Made by a program: the position numbers and the translations under genes. A DNA stretch of 13,728 bases from the IMG/VR virus record IMGVR_UViG_3300020541_000125, positions 1 through 13,728 of that record. One strand, written 5' to 3'. Below the pieces are notes generated by a model, which saw only the letters and a list, made by a program, of their open reading frames with translations, was not told the origin of the DNA and did not search any database. Shown here piece after piece: positions 1-7,591 of this stretch (its first letter is position 1; every line of letters starts with the position of its first letter). The stretch is from a virus.

Positions 1-384
1 CTCGTTAAAGAGTCCGACCGTGAATTGGTATCTAATTGTTGGTCAAGATGCCTAGAATCGCTCGCTAACCGCCTCCCGTTAAATAATTTGGATGATGCTA
101 CCCAGTACGCAATTTTCAAACTCGGTGGGATATCTCACCTTGGATCGATTGAAAGTACCCAACTGCAATACCTGAGCAACGATTTCAAGATCCACTGGCA
201 AGCCTACCGAAAATCCCCGCGAGAATTTGAGCGCCCAGTGCAAATCATTCCCCCTGAGCAACGGGAATTCAAACCCAATGGACTCAAGCCAGAACTTTCA
301 GAGGAACAACGGGTAAAAAATCAGGAATTTCTAAATAACCTGATCGCCACAAAAATGAGTAAAAACTTAAACGGAGCGAAATAA
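1..384 (+). CDS. Hypothetical protein, probably 5'-truncated by the window edge
   Basis: Frame 1 is open from base 1 (LVKESDRELVSNCW...). The stop overlaps the ATG of the downstream dnaB-like gene. Function not recognised; position upstream of a DnaB-type helicase suggests a replication-related role by inference only. Confidence 0.6.
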   Translation, partial: LVKESDRELVSNCWSRCLESLANRLPLNNLDDATQYAIFKLGGISHLGSIESTQLQYLSNDFKIHWQAYRKSPREFERPVQIIPPEQREFKPNGLKPELSEEQRVKNQEFLNNLIATKMSKNLNGAK

Positions 385-1697
385 TGGAAACAGTAATCAT
401 GGAAAATGTCGAGGCAGAACAAGCCGTTTTAGGGGGGATTCTATTAGACCCAGAAGCCATTGGTCGAGTTGCAGAAATGTTGCAACCTGAATCATTCTCC
501 CTGCGATCGCATCAAACGATTTACAAGGCAGTATTAACCCTGCATTCTGAGGGAAAACCCACTGATTTGATGACCGTTACATTTTGGTTGGCAGATCAGA
601 AATTACTCGAACAAGTGGGAGGACAATTAGGATTAACTCAACTCGTAGATCGGACGGTTTCAGCAGTCAACATTGATCAATATGCCAAACTAATTCTTGA
701 CAAAAAAACCCGTCGCGATCTAGTATCTTCCGCTTATAAGATTATTGAGTTAGCAGAAGATACCAGTCAAGAATTAGAGACTGTAATTCAAAAATCAGAA
801 GAACAAATTGCCAATATTTCCCAGGGGAAAAGTCAGCAAGATTTAGTTTCAATTGGTGAAACCCTGATTGATACCTTTCAGGAAATTGAAGATCGGAGTG
901 AAAGCAAAATTCCCCCCGGTGTTCCCTGCGGTTTCTATGATTTAGATGCAATGACAGGAGGTTTTCAACGTTCAGATTTAATTATTGTGGCTGGTAGGCC
1001 GTCAATGGGAAAAACAGCCTTAGCAGTCCAGTTTGGTTTTAAGATTGCTAAAAAAGGATTACCTGTTGCGGTGTTCAGTTTAGAAATGTCCAAAGGTCAG
1101 TTAGTCCAAAGATTATTAGCAGGGGAAGCAAAAATCGAATCGACTCGGCTGCGGTCGGGAAATATTCAGCAAGATGAGTGGGAATCGTTAACAGAGGCGA
1201 TTAGTAAGTTAGCAGAATTGCCGATTTTTATTGACGACACATCGAACCCTACTGTCAATGAAATTAAGAAAAAAGCTCAAAAACTGCAAGCCGAAAACGG
1301 TGGAAAATTGGGCTTAATCCTAATAGATTATCTGCAATTAATGGACGGTGGCAGCGAGAATCGGGTGCAGGAATTGTCAAGAATTACACGGGGATTAAAG
1401 GGAATGGCAAAGGACTTAAACGTCCCTGTTATTGTCTTATCTCAGTTAAATCGAAGTGTTGAGCAACGCACTAATAAACGCCCAATGATGTCCGACTTGA
1501 GAGAATCGGGATCAACGGAACAGGACGCGGATTTAATAATGATGATTTACCGAGATGATTACTACAATCCCAACAGTTCAGAAGCCGGGGTAGCTGAAAT
1601 CATTTTAACCAAACATCGCAACGGCCCCACCGGAACGGTTAAGTTATTATTTGATTCCCAGTTTACTCAGTTTAAAAATATGGCGAGGTCAAGATAG
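384..1697 (+). CDS. dnaB: DnaB-type replicative DNA helicase
   Basis: N-terminal domain EAEQAVLGGILLDPEAI; Walker A GRPSMGKTALAVQ; Walker B region LILIDYLQLMDG; C-terminal LSQLNRSVEQRTNKRPMMSDLRESGSTEQDADLIMMIYRDDYY. An alternative ATG lies at 399. Confidence 0.96.
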   Translation: METVIMENVEAEQAVLGGILLDPEAIGRVAEMLQPESFSLRSHQTIYKAVLTLHSEGKPTDLMTVTFWLADQKLLEQVGGQLGLTQLVDRTVSAVNIDQYAKLILDKKTRRDLVSSAYKIIELAEDTSQELETVIQKSEEQIANISQGKSQQDLVSIGETLIDTFQEIEDRSESKIPPGVPCGFYDLDAMTGGFQRSDLIIVAGRPSMGKTALAVQFGFKIAKKGLPVAVFSLEMSKGQLVQRLLAGEAKIESTRLRSGNIQQDEWESLTEAISKLAELPIFIDDTSNPTVNEIKKKAQKLQAENGGKLGLILIDYLQLMDGGSENRVQELSRITRGLKGMAKDLNVPVIVLSQLNRSVEQRTNKRPMMSDLRESGSTEQDADLIMMIYRDDYYNPNSSEAGVAEIILTKHRNGPTGTVKLLFDSQFTQFKNMARSR

Positions 1698-1726
1698 AAA
1701 CCCACTAATTATCAAGGAGTTTGAGA

Positions 1727-2347
1727 ATGCTAGAAAATTACAAGAACACATGGACAGAAGCTGAGATAGAACAACTTCTACTTTTAAAAGACAGCAAAAA
1801 AACTCATGCGCAGATTGCTGAAATTTTAGGGAGAACAAAAGCATCTATTGATATCAAATATTCAAAGGTTAGAAACAACCTAAAGGAATCAAGTTGGATA
1901 TGGACACACGAGGAAACTGAAACCTTGATAGCACTAGCAGAAACTTTACCGTTCACCCAATTAGTTATTCGATATAATCAACTAGCCGTTAAAAAAGGCT
2001 ATCAAGAGCGAACAATATTATCCGTTCAAAATAAGTTATTAAATCTCGGACAAAGCCTAAGACCTAACAGTGGTTGGTATGGAGCCACGGCAGTTTTTAT
2101 AGGACTAGGATTTTCAAGAGAAAGGATTCGTGGATGGATAAATAACGGGCTAAAACATCACTCTGAAGGCACAAGACAGTTTTACATTCGGAATGATCAT
2201 TTAGTGGAATACATCCTCTCGCATCCTGATTGTTTAAACGGAATCTCAGACGATGGGGTTCGTTGGTTTATTGCTTTATTAAATGAAGACAGGGAGATGA
2301 AAAAACGTGATGGTAGACCAGAATCCGCCCGTTCATTAACCGCTTAA
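1727..2347 (+). CDS. Putative DNA-binding protein with Myb/SANT-like helix-turn-helix segments
   Basis: Starts MLENYKNTWTEAEIEQLLLLKDSKKTHAQIAEILGRTKASIDIKYSKVRNN, followed by a second WTHEETETLIALAE segment. AAGGAG (1714-1719) is correctly spaced from ATG 1727, so the track start at TTG 1721 is less likely. Confidence 0.6.
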   Translation: MLENYKNTWTEAEIEQLLLLKDSKKTHAQIAEILGRTKASIDIKYSKVRNNLKESSWIWTHEETETLIALAETLPFTQLVIRYNQLAVKKGYQERTILSVQNKLLNLGQSLRPNSGWYGATAVFIGLGFSRERIRGWINNGLKHHSEGTRQFYIRNDHLVEYILSHPDCLNGISDDGVRWFIALLNEDREMKKRDGRPESARSLTA

Positions 2348-2402
2348 TCTTGACCGCGCCCTTGATTGATTAATTCCATTAAACCCAACAAAGGAGATTG
2401 AC

Positions 2403-2963
2403 ATGACCGTAACAACCAAGATATTTGAAAGAGTTTTAAAAGTTGGTGAGTGGGTAGAGATTGACCCACATAAACACCGCCCATCTTATCTAATAAGAGG
2501 TACAGCATGGCGAGTTGAAAGTTTGAATGTATTAAAACAAACCTGTCAAGTAACTAACGAAAAAACCAGATCGGAAACCCTAGACTTTGAGGAGGTTTCC
2601 GACTCATCCCCATTCAAAAAAACAGATATTGTGCAATTAAAAAAGGATAGCCGTTACATCGGACGGGTGATTATGTGCCGGGGGAATAAAATCAAAATTC
2701 AGTGGGCGAAAGGATTGGCAGAATCCTTAGACTCGGACAAGATAAAACTATTTATTCAGATGGTCAAAGGGGAACAAATCCCCCTCGGAAATTACGCTTT
2801 CCAGAAAGGCGATCATGTCAAAACTACAGACAAGAATTTTGGCAATGTAATCCTCACTGTAAAAGAATGCTTACCCTCTGGAATGGTGGTGTTGAGTTCA
2901 TCAAACGATCCTAATTTATTGCTCCCCGGCTGTGGCTTAACAATTGTTGAGGAGGGTTTCTAA
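2403..2963 (+). CDS. Hypothetical protein
   Basis: 186-aa ORF with AAAGGAG ribosome-binding site just upstream. Its stop overlaps the methyltransferase start (TAATG), indicating translational coupling. Repeated beta-rich segments (VGEWVEID..., IVQLKKDSRYIGRVIMCRGNKIKIQWAKG) loosely resemble small beta-barrel folds; inference only. Confidence 0.65.
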   Translation: MTVTTKIFERVLKVGEWVEIDPHKHRPSYLIRGTAWRVESLNVLKQTCQVTNEKTRSETLDFEEVSDSSPFKKTDIVQLKKDSRYIGRVIMCRGNKIKIQWAKGLAESLDSDKIKLFIQMVKGEQIPLGNYAFQKGDHVKTTDKNFGNVILTVKECLPSGMVVLSSSNDPNLLLPGCGLTIVEEGF

Positions 2964-4009
2964 TGCCAACATTCGCAACATTATTCATGGGCGGAGGCGG
3001 TGCAGATTTGGGATTAGAAGCCGCGGGTTTTGAGTCCATTTGGGGAATTGAAAGAGATCCTAAAATTGCAGAAGTAGCGCAACAAAATTTCCCGAATACC
3101 AAGATAATTAATCAATGTGTCGGGTCAGCTAGTCCTCGCCATTTAGAACCTGTTGATCTGCTTTGGATGAGTCCCCCTTGCCAACAATACAGCAATGCAC
3201 GGCGGGGTGATATTCCTGACCACAAAGATAAAGATGCGGGGCTTTATTGCTGTGATTATATTGCCATATTATCCCCTCGATGGGTGATTCTTGAAAACGT
3301 CCCAGGATATTCAAAATCACCAACTTTTGAGAAAATCCTACAATCATTGATCCGTAACGGATATCGCTATCATTGGTTAATTTTAGACGCGGCGGATCAC
3401 GGGGTTCCCCAAAACCGGAAACGGTTGATTATGTGGGCAGTTAAAAATTCAGAACCCCTCCCTTATTTTCCTGAATCAAAACCCAAAAAGGGATGGTATC
3501 AAGCCATTAGTGATTTAATCCCAGAAATGCAGGACTGTGAGCTTGCGGACTGGCAGATTAAGCGATTGAATGAATTGGGTTATTTGCCAGAAAAAGCCTT
3601 GATTGATATTGGTAAACAACTCATTAGACAGGCTACAGTTCGGGAGTCAAACGATCCAAGTTTTACTATCGTAGGGGGTCACTGTAATTCCCATTCTCCC
3701 ATCCTATTAATCCCCCGTGCGGGAGCCTGTATTAAGAACATTTTACCGACTCCACAAAACAAGCCTTGTCCAACAATTCGAGCTATGGCGGGTGTTTCGA
3801 CCCATTGGGCGGACATCGTACAGGGAAGTCAAATCAAACGGATTAGTCAAAAAGCGACGGCACGGCTGCAAACTTTTCCCGATGATTACAAATTCCCAGA
3901 ATCCAAATCTTTAAGTCAACAAATAATCGGAAATGCCGTGCCGCCGTTGTTGGCGAAAGAGTTAGGTCTGGCAATCTTAAAATCAATTAATCTTTATGAA
4001 GACAACTAA
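2963..4009 (+). CDS. DNA (cytosine-5-)-methyltransferase
   Basis: Motif I ATLFMGGGGADLGLEAAGF; motif IV DLLWMSPPCQQYSNARRG; motif VI VILENVPGY; motif VIII GVPQNRKRLIMW; motif X QQIIGNAVPPLLAKELG. Confidence 0.95.
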   Translation: MPTFATLFMGGGGADLGLEAAGFESIWGIERDPKIAEVAQQNFPNTKIINQCVGSASPRHLEPVDLLWMSPPCQQYSNARRGDIPDHKDKDAGLYCCDYIAILSPRWVILENVPGYSKSPTFEKILQSLIRNGYRYHWLILDAADHGVPQNRKRLIMWAVKNSEPLPYFPESKPKKGWYQAISDLIPEMQDCELADWQIKRLNELGYLPEKALIDIGKQLIRQATVRESNDPSFTIVGGHCNSHSPILLIPRAGACIKNILPTPQNKPCPTIRAMAGVSTHWADIVQGSQIKRISQKATARLQTFPDDYKFPESKSLSQQIIGNAVPPLLAKELGLAILKSINLYEDN

Positions 4010-4409
4010 AAAAGGATTTCAACCCGCCCAAAAAATTCATGCCAACGACCTCCACACATTCTCTTGTGAGTGTCTCTGGTATGATGTAGAAACCGACGAG
4101 GAACTTCTATCTGAATTATGGACAATTAAACTCGATAAAAGGCGATTCAGAACCGATGTCAGGCAGGCTATTGTTGCAGGACTTATCTATTGTTTTCTCG
4201 AAACACCGGAAGCAATAGAGCGACGTATTAACAGGGTGTTTTTTTGGAATAATAAATCCCGTGCTTTTGAGCCATTGGGGGCGGTGTCCGACGCTCCGAT
4301 GACCGGATCTAGTCCAGTTGATTTTGAAGCCGATCCGGTGGTGGCTTTTGAGAGATTGAAAGCCCTTTGTGTTGAGATTGAGATTATCAAGGTTGACGAT
4401 TGCTCTTGA
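3996..4409 (+). CDS. Hypothetical protein
   Basis: 137-aa ORF overlapping the 3' end of the methyltransferase by 14 nt in another frame. No recognised motif. Confidence 0.55.
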   Translation: MKTTKKGFQPAQKIHANDLHTFSCECLWYDVETDEELLSELWTIKLDKRRFRTDVRQAIVAGLIYCFLETPEAIERRINRVFFWNNKSRAFEPLGAVSDAPMTGSSPVDFEADPVVAFERLKALCVEIEIIKVDDCS

Positions 4410-4433
4410 CCTTTTAAAAATATACAAATAAAC

Positions 4434-4462
4434 TTGTTTTTTTCACGTTATTCGTGTACAAT
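4434..4462 (+). promoter_or_regulatory. Candidate sigma70-like promoter for the omegaRNA/tracrRNA-like transcript
   Basis: TTGTTT (4434-4439), 17-nt spacer, TACAAT (4457-4462) preceded by TG. Predicted start about 4469-4470. Confidence 0.4.
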
Positions 4463-4467
4463 GTAAA

Positions 4468-4484
4468 TAGTCAAGAATCAAGGT
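4468..4484 (+). other. Anti-repeat-like segment complementary to the array repeat
   Basis: TAGTCAAGAATCAAGGT. Reverse complement ACCTTGATTCTTGACTA matches ACCTTGTTTCTTGACTA in the repeat at 7353-7388 at 16/17 positions. With the consensus repeat it forms 14 contiguous pairs (4468-4481 with repeat positions 27-14), 3 of them G-U. Confidence 0.6.
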
Positions 4485-4720
4485 TTACCAATGTAGTTTG
4501 TTGGTAAACAGTTAACCAGTCTAAGCTCTTTACTGAGCTACGTTATTGAGAAGCGTTTAAGTTCATACCTTGGGATGCGTTGCCAGTTCCAAGCTCTATA
4601 ACTAGGTGATTAAACAGATGTACAGCAATTAAGTCAGTGTCACCTGGACAGTACCGCTTAATAACATTGACGAGGCACACTTTACCCGATTTATCGGAGG
4701 CTCGAAAGAGTTATTTTTAA
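4469..4720 (+). ncRNA. IscB-associated omegaRNA scaffold, possibly acting as a tracrRNA-like RNA
   Basis: About 250 nt non-coding region directly upstream of iscB, the canonical omegaRNA position. Nested inverted repeats: GTTTACCAA/TTGGTAAAC (4483-4491/4501-4509), AGCTC/GAGCT (4524-4528/4535-4539), CTTGG/CCAAG (4569-4573/4589-4593), AGGTGA/TCACCT (4604-4609/4640-4645), CCGAT/ATCGG (4686-4697). Exact ends not determined. Confidence 0.75.
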
Positions 4721-6019
4721 ATGTCTAAAGTATTCGTAATGGATGCCGAAAAGCGTCCATTAAATCCAATCTCACCCGCAAAAGCTAGGATTCTTTTAAC
4801 GCAAAAGAAAGCCGCAGTTTTTCGGCATCAACCTTTTACAATCATCCTAAAATATGCTGTCAAATCTTCAACTGAAGACTTGAGGCTAAAGATAGATCCT
4901 GGTTCTAAATTTACTGGCATTGCCTTGGTAAACGACGGCACGGGTGAAGTTGTTTGGGGTGCAGATATTCAACATCGTGGCATGGTGATCAAGAATGCAC
5001 TGGAATCCCGACGTAGTTTAAGAAGGGGTCGCAGGGGACGGAAAACCAGATACCGCCAACCCCGTTTCCTTAACAGAACACGGGTTAAAGGTTGGTTAGC
5101 TCCGAGCTTGATGTCACGGGTCGAAAATGTGATTACCTGGGTCAATCGGTTAAGAAAGTTGGCTCCGATTGCAGCGATATCTCAGGAGTTGGTACGGTTC
5201 GACACTCAAATTATGGAGAATCCAGAAGTTTCCGGTGTTGAGTATCAGCAAGGGGAACTCGCGGGCTATGAAGTCAGGGAATACCTTTTGGAGAAGTTTA
5301 ACCGTCAGTGCGTTTACTGTGGCGCTGTTGATACCAGATTAGAGATTGAACACTTGATACCCAGATCAAAAGGTGGGACTAATCGGGTTTCTAACTTAGC
5401 GATCGCTTGCCATAAATGCAATCAGAAAAAGGGTGCTAAGGATATTAAAGATTTCCTTTCTAAGAAGAAGGAATTGCTTAATAAAATCCTGAAACGGGTT
5501 AAAGCCCCTCTCAAAGATGCAGCCGCCGTTAATTCTACCCGGTGGTGTTTATACAACCGATTGAAAGAAACGGGTTTACCTGTAGAAGTTGGGACGGGGG
5601 GACGGACTAAGTTTAACCGATGCCGTCAAAAGTTCCCTAAAGCTCACTGGATTGATGCGGCTTGTGTTGGTGCTTCTACTCCCGAAAATCTGATTATTAA
5701 GGATGTCAAACCTTTATTAATATCAGCTAAAGGGCATGGGGTCAGGCAACGGGTAACGACTGATAAATATGGTTTTCCTAAGTGCCATAAAGCAAGAATC
5801 AAGAGCTTTATGGGGTATAAAACGGGGGATTTAGTTAAGGCTGTAATTCCATCTGGAAAGAATAAGGGAACCCATTATGGTCGGGTTACGATTCGGCAAC
5901 GTCCGAGTTTTACCTTGGACAAGATGGATGTTCACCCAAAATACCTGAGCCTACTTCAGAAAGCCGATGGTTATGCCTATTCGAGCCTCGAACCATTACA
6001 AGAAAGCAGTTCCAGTTAA
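4721..6019 (+). CDS. iscB: IscB RNA-guided nuclease (RuvC with inserted HNH)
   Basis: 432 aa. N-terminal MSKVFVMDAEKRPLNPISPAKARILLTQKKAAV (PLMP-type); RuvC-I RLKIDPGSKFTGIALV; Arg-rich bridge helix RRSLRRGRRGRKTRYRQPRF; RuvC-II AAISQELVRFD; HNH CVYCGAVDTRLEIEHLIPRSKGGTNRVSNLAIACHKCNQKKG; RuvC-III KAHWIDAACVG; C-terminal RQRVTTDKYGFPK. All catalytic motifs look intact. Confidence 0.95.
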   Translation: MSKVFVMDAEKRPLNPISPAKARILLTQKKAAVFRHQPFTIILKYAVKSSTEDLRLKIDPGSKFTGIALVNDGTGEVVWGADIQHRGMVIKNALESRRSLRRGRRGRKTRYRQPRFLNRTRVKGWLAPSLMSRVENVITWVNRLRKLAPIAAISQELVRFDTQIMENPEVSGVEYQQGELAGYEVREYLLEKFNRQCVYCGAVDTRLEIEHLIPRSKGGTNRVSNLAIACHKCNQKKGAKDIKDFLSKKKELLNKILKRVKAPLKDAAAVNSTRWCLYNRLKETGLPVEVGTGGRTKFNRCRQKFPKAHWIDAACVGASTPENLIIKDVKPLLISAKGHGVRQRVTTDKYGFPKCHKARIKSFMGYKTGDLVKAVIPSGKNKGTHYGRVTIRQRPSFTLDKMDVHPKYLSLLQKADGYAYSSLEPLQESSSS

Positions 6020-6117
6020 TTTATTGTCAAATCACAGAAGCCAAAATCAATGATTTTTACCGAGCCTCGCAAAAGCAGTCTAAAACCCTTTCTGTGTAAG
6101 GCTTTCAAAAGCCAGGG

Positions 6118-7110
6118 GTTAATGATTGTATTGGTTCTTGATTGATCTGATACGTGGCGCGGCGGGGTGTGGCGTGGCGTTAATGATTGTATTGGTTCTT
6201 GATTGATCTGATACAAAGTATAGTTTTAATCTAACACACCCCAAAACACTCGTTAATGATTGTATTGGTTCTTGATTGATCTGATACCAATTACCCAACC
6301 CCGACCGGATAAAACCCGTATCGTTAATGATTGTATTGGTTCTTGATTGATCTGATACCAATTACCCAACCCCGACCGGATAAAACCCGTATTGTTAATG
6401 ATTGTATTGGTTCTTGATTGATCTGATACTAAAGCCATACAAACCCCAAACCCTTAGCTAATTGTTAATGATTGTATTGGTTCTTGATTGATCTGATACT
6501 ATATTTTGAAGTCCTGAGTATTTTCTTCTCTCTATCGTTAATGATTGTATTGGTTCTTGATTGATCTGATACTCCCTAAAGATTGGGGTAACACGATTAG
6601 CTTTACCTTCACCCGTTAATGATTGTATTGGTTCTTGATTGATCTGATACAAGTTCTCCCTGTTGGGATGTGTTGGGTTAGCTCTAAGTTAATGATTGTA
6701 TTGGTTCTTGATTGATCTGATACTTAATACGGGCAACTAATTCCATGGTAGACAATGATCCTTGTTAATGATTGTATTGGTTCTTGATTGATCTGATACT
6801 TAGTTTGAATTTGTGAATTTCTTTGAGGAAACACCCATCAAGCCCCTGTGAGTTAATGATTGTATTGGTTCTTGATTGATCTGATACACAAATTAATGAA
6901 TGCTATAATGATTTTAGATTGAGAAGTTAATGATTGTATTGGTTCTTGATTGATCTGATACTAGATTGGGTCTACCCCCACGACAATAGTGTATATAACG
7001 GGTTAATGATTGTATTGGTTCTTGATTGATCTGATACAAAAAGCTATCTCAACGCACCCACAAATGCTCTAATTGTTAATGATTGTATTGGTTCTTGACT
7101 AATTTGATAC
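6118..7110 (+). CRISPR. CRISPR-like array, 14 repeats of 36 nt and 13 spacers
   Basis: Repeat GTTAATGATTGTATTGGTTCTTGATTGATCTGATAC at 6118, 6179, 6252, 6323, 6394, 6464, 6537, 6615, 6688, 6764, 6852, 6926 and 7002. The last repeat (7075-7110) has a diverged 3' half (GACTAATTTGATAC). Spacer lengths are 25, 37, 35, 35, 34, 37, 42, 37, 40, 52, 38, 40 and 37 nt. Terminal divergence suggests leader at 6020-6117 and + strand reading. Confidence 0.9.
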
Positions 7111-7165
7111 AAGTTGAAAACTTACGTTTTCGTTTTCTCTATTGGAATAAATTAGGAGTTTAGCT

Positions 7166-7342
7166 ATGGCGACCGAAAAAGAAATCAAAGAGCAGTTTGA
7201 GGTAATATTCAAAATGTATCTTGATTTAGAAAAATCAGGATGCAACACTATTCCCGATAACAAACTAGAAAATGAAGTGTATTCTTGTTTTATGTACTTC
7301 AAAGAAAAAAGAGATGAATACATTAAGTCTGTAATCTCTTGA
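7166..7342 (+). CDS. Small hypothetical protein, 58 aa
   Basis: MATEKEIKEQFEVIFKMYLDLEKSGCNTIPDNKLENEVYSCFMYFKEKRDEYIKSVIS*. AGGAG ribosome-binding site 7-8 nt upstream. Below the ORF-track cutoff. Confidence 0.55.
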   Translation: MATEKEIKEQFEVIFKMYLDLEKSGCNTIPDNKLENEVYSCFMYFKEKRDEYIKSVIS

Positions 7343-7352
7343 TTAACCTAAA

Positions 7353-7388
7353 GTTAATGATTACCTTGTTTCTTGACTAATTTGATAC
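7353..7388 (+). repeat. Diverged copy of the array repeat, intergenic
   Basis: GTTAATGATTACCTTGTTTCTTGACTAATTTGATAC, 36 nt, the same length and framework as the consensus. Confidence 0.9.
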
Positions 7389-7393
7389 CAGAT

Positions 7394-7498
7394 ATGACTA
7401 CAATATTGATTTTTTTATTGGGACTTATTTGGGGATATTTATTGCATCCCTGGATTAAAGTTTTCAAGAAGATGCTGAAAGAATCGACGAAAGGTTAA
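7394..7498 (+). CDS. Possible 34-aa single-transmembrane peptide
   Basis: MTTILIFLLGLIWGYLLHPWIKVFKKMLKESTKG*: hydrophobic N-terminus then basic tail. Its stop codon lies inside the next repeat copy. Ribosome-binding site weak. Confidence 0.3.
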   Translation: MTTILIFLLGLIWGYLLHPWIKVFKKMLKESTKG

Positions 7499-7529
7499 TG
7501 ATTGCCTTGTTTCTTGACTAATTTGATAT
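7494..7529 (+). repeat. Diverged copy of the array repeat, intergenic
   Basis: GTTAATGATTGCCTTGTTTCTTGACTAATTTGATAT. Confidence 0.9.
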
Positions 7530-7591
7530 TTATAGGTTAAAAAAATAAAACCGACCAAAACAAACATTCAAACAAAAGGAGATAAAATCAA

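Noticed and set aside
2361-2374. CTTGATTGATTAAT resembling part of the array repeat upstream of the 2403 ORF
   Set aside because: Only a 10-base exact match (CTTGATTGAT) in AT-rich sequence, with no match to the rest of the repeat; likely chance.
2702-3914. Small ORFs overlapping the 186-aa ORF and the methyltransferase on both strands
   Set aside because: Alternative frames of well-supported coding sequence; no motifs.
6016-6652. Overlapping small ORFs encoding MYQINQEPIQSLT / VSDQSRTNTIIN peptides
   Set aside because: They are translations of the CRISPR-like repeat in various frames and have no independent coding support.
6118-7110. Type V-K (CAST) or conventional Cas9/Cas12 locus
   Set aside because: No tnsB, tnsC, tniQ, cas12k, cas9 or cas1/cas2 seen. 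The HNH/RuvC protein is IscB-sized (432 aa) with the IscB N-terminal motif and no large REC lobe.
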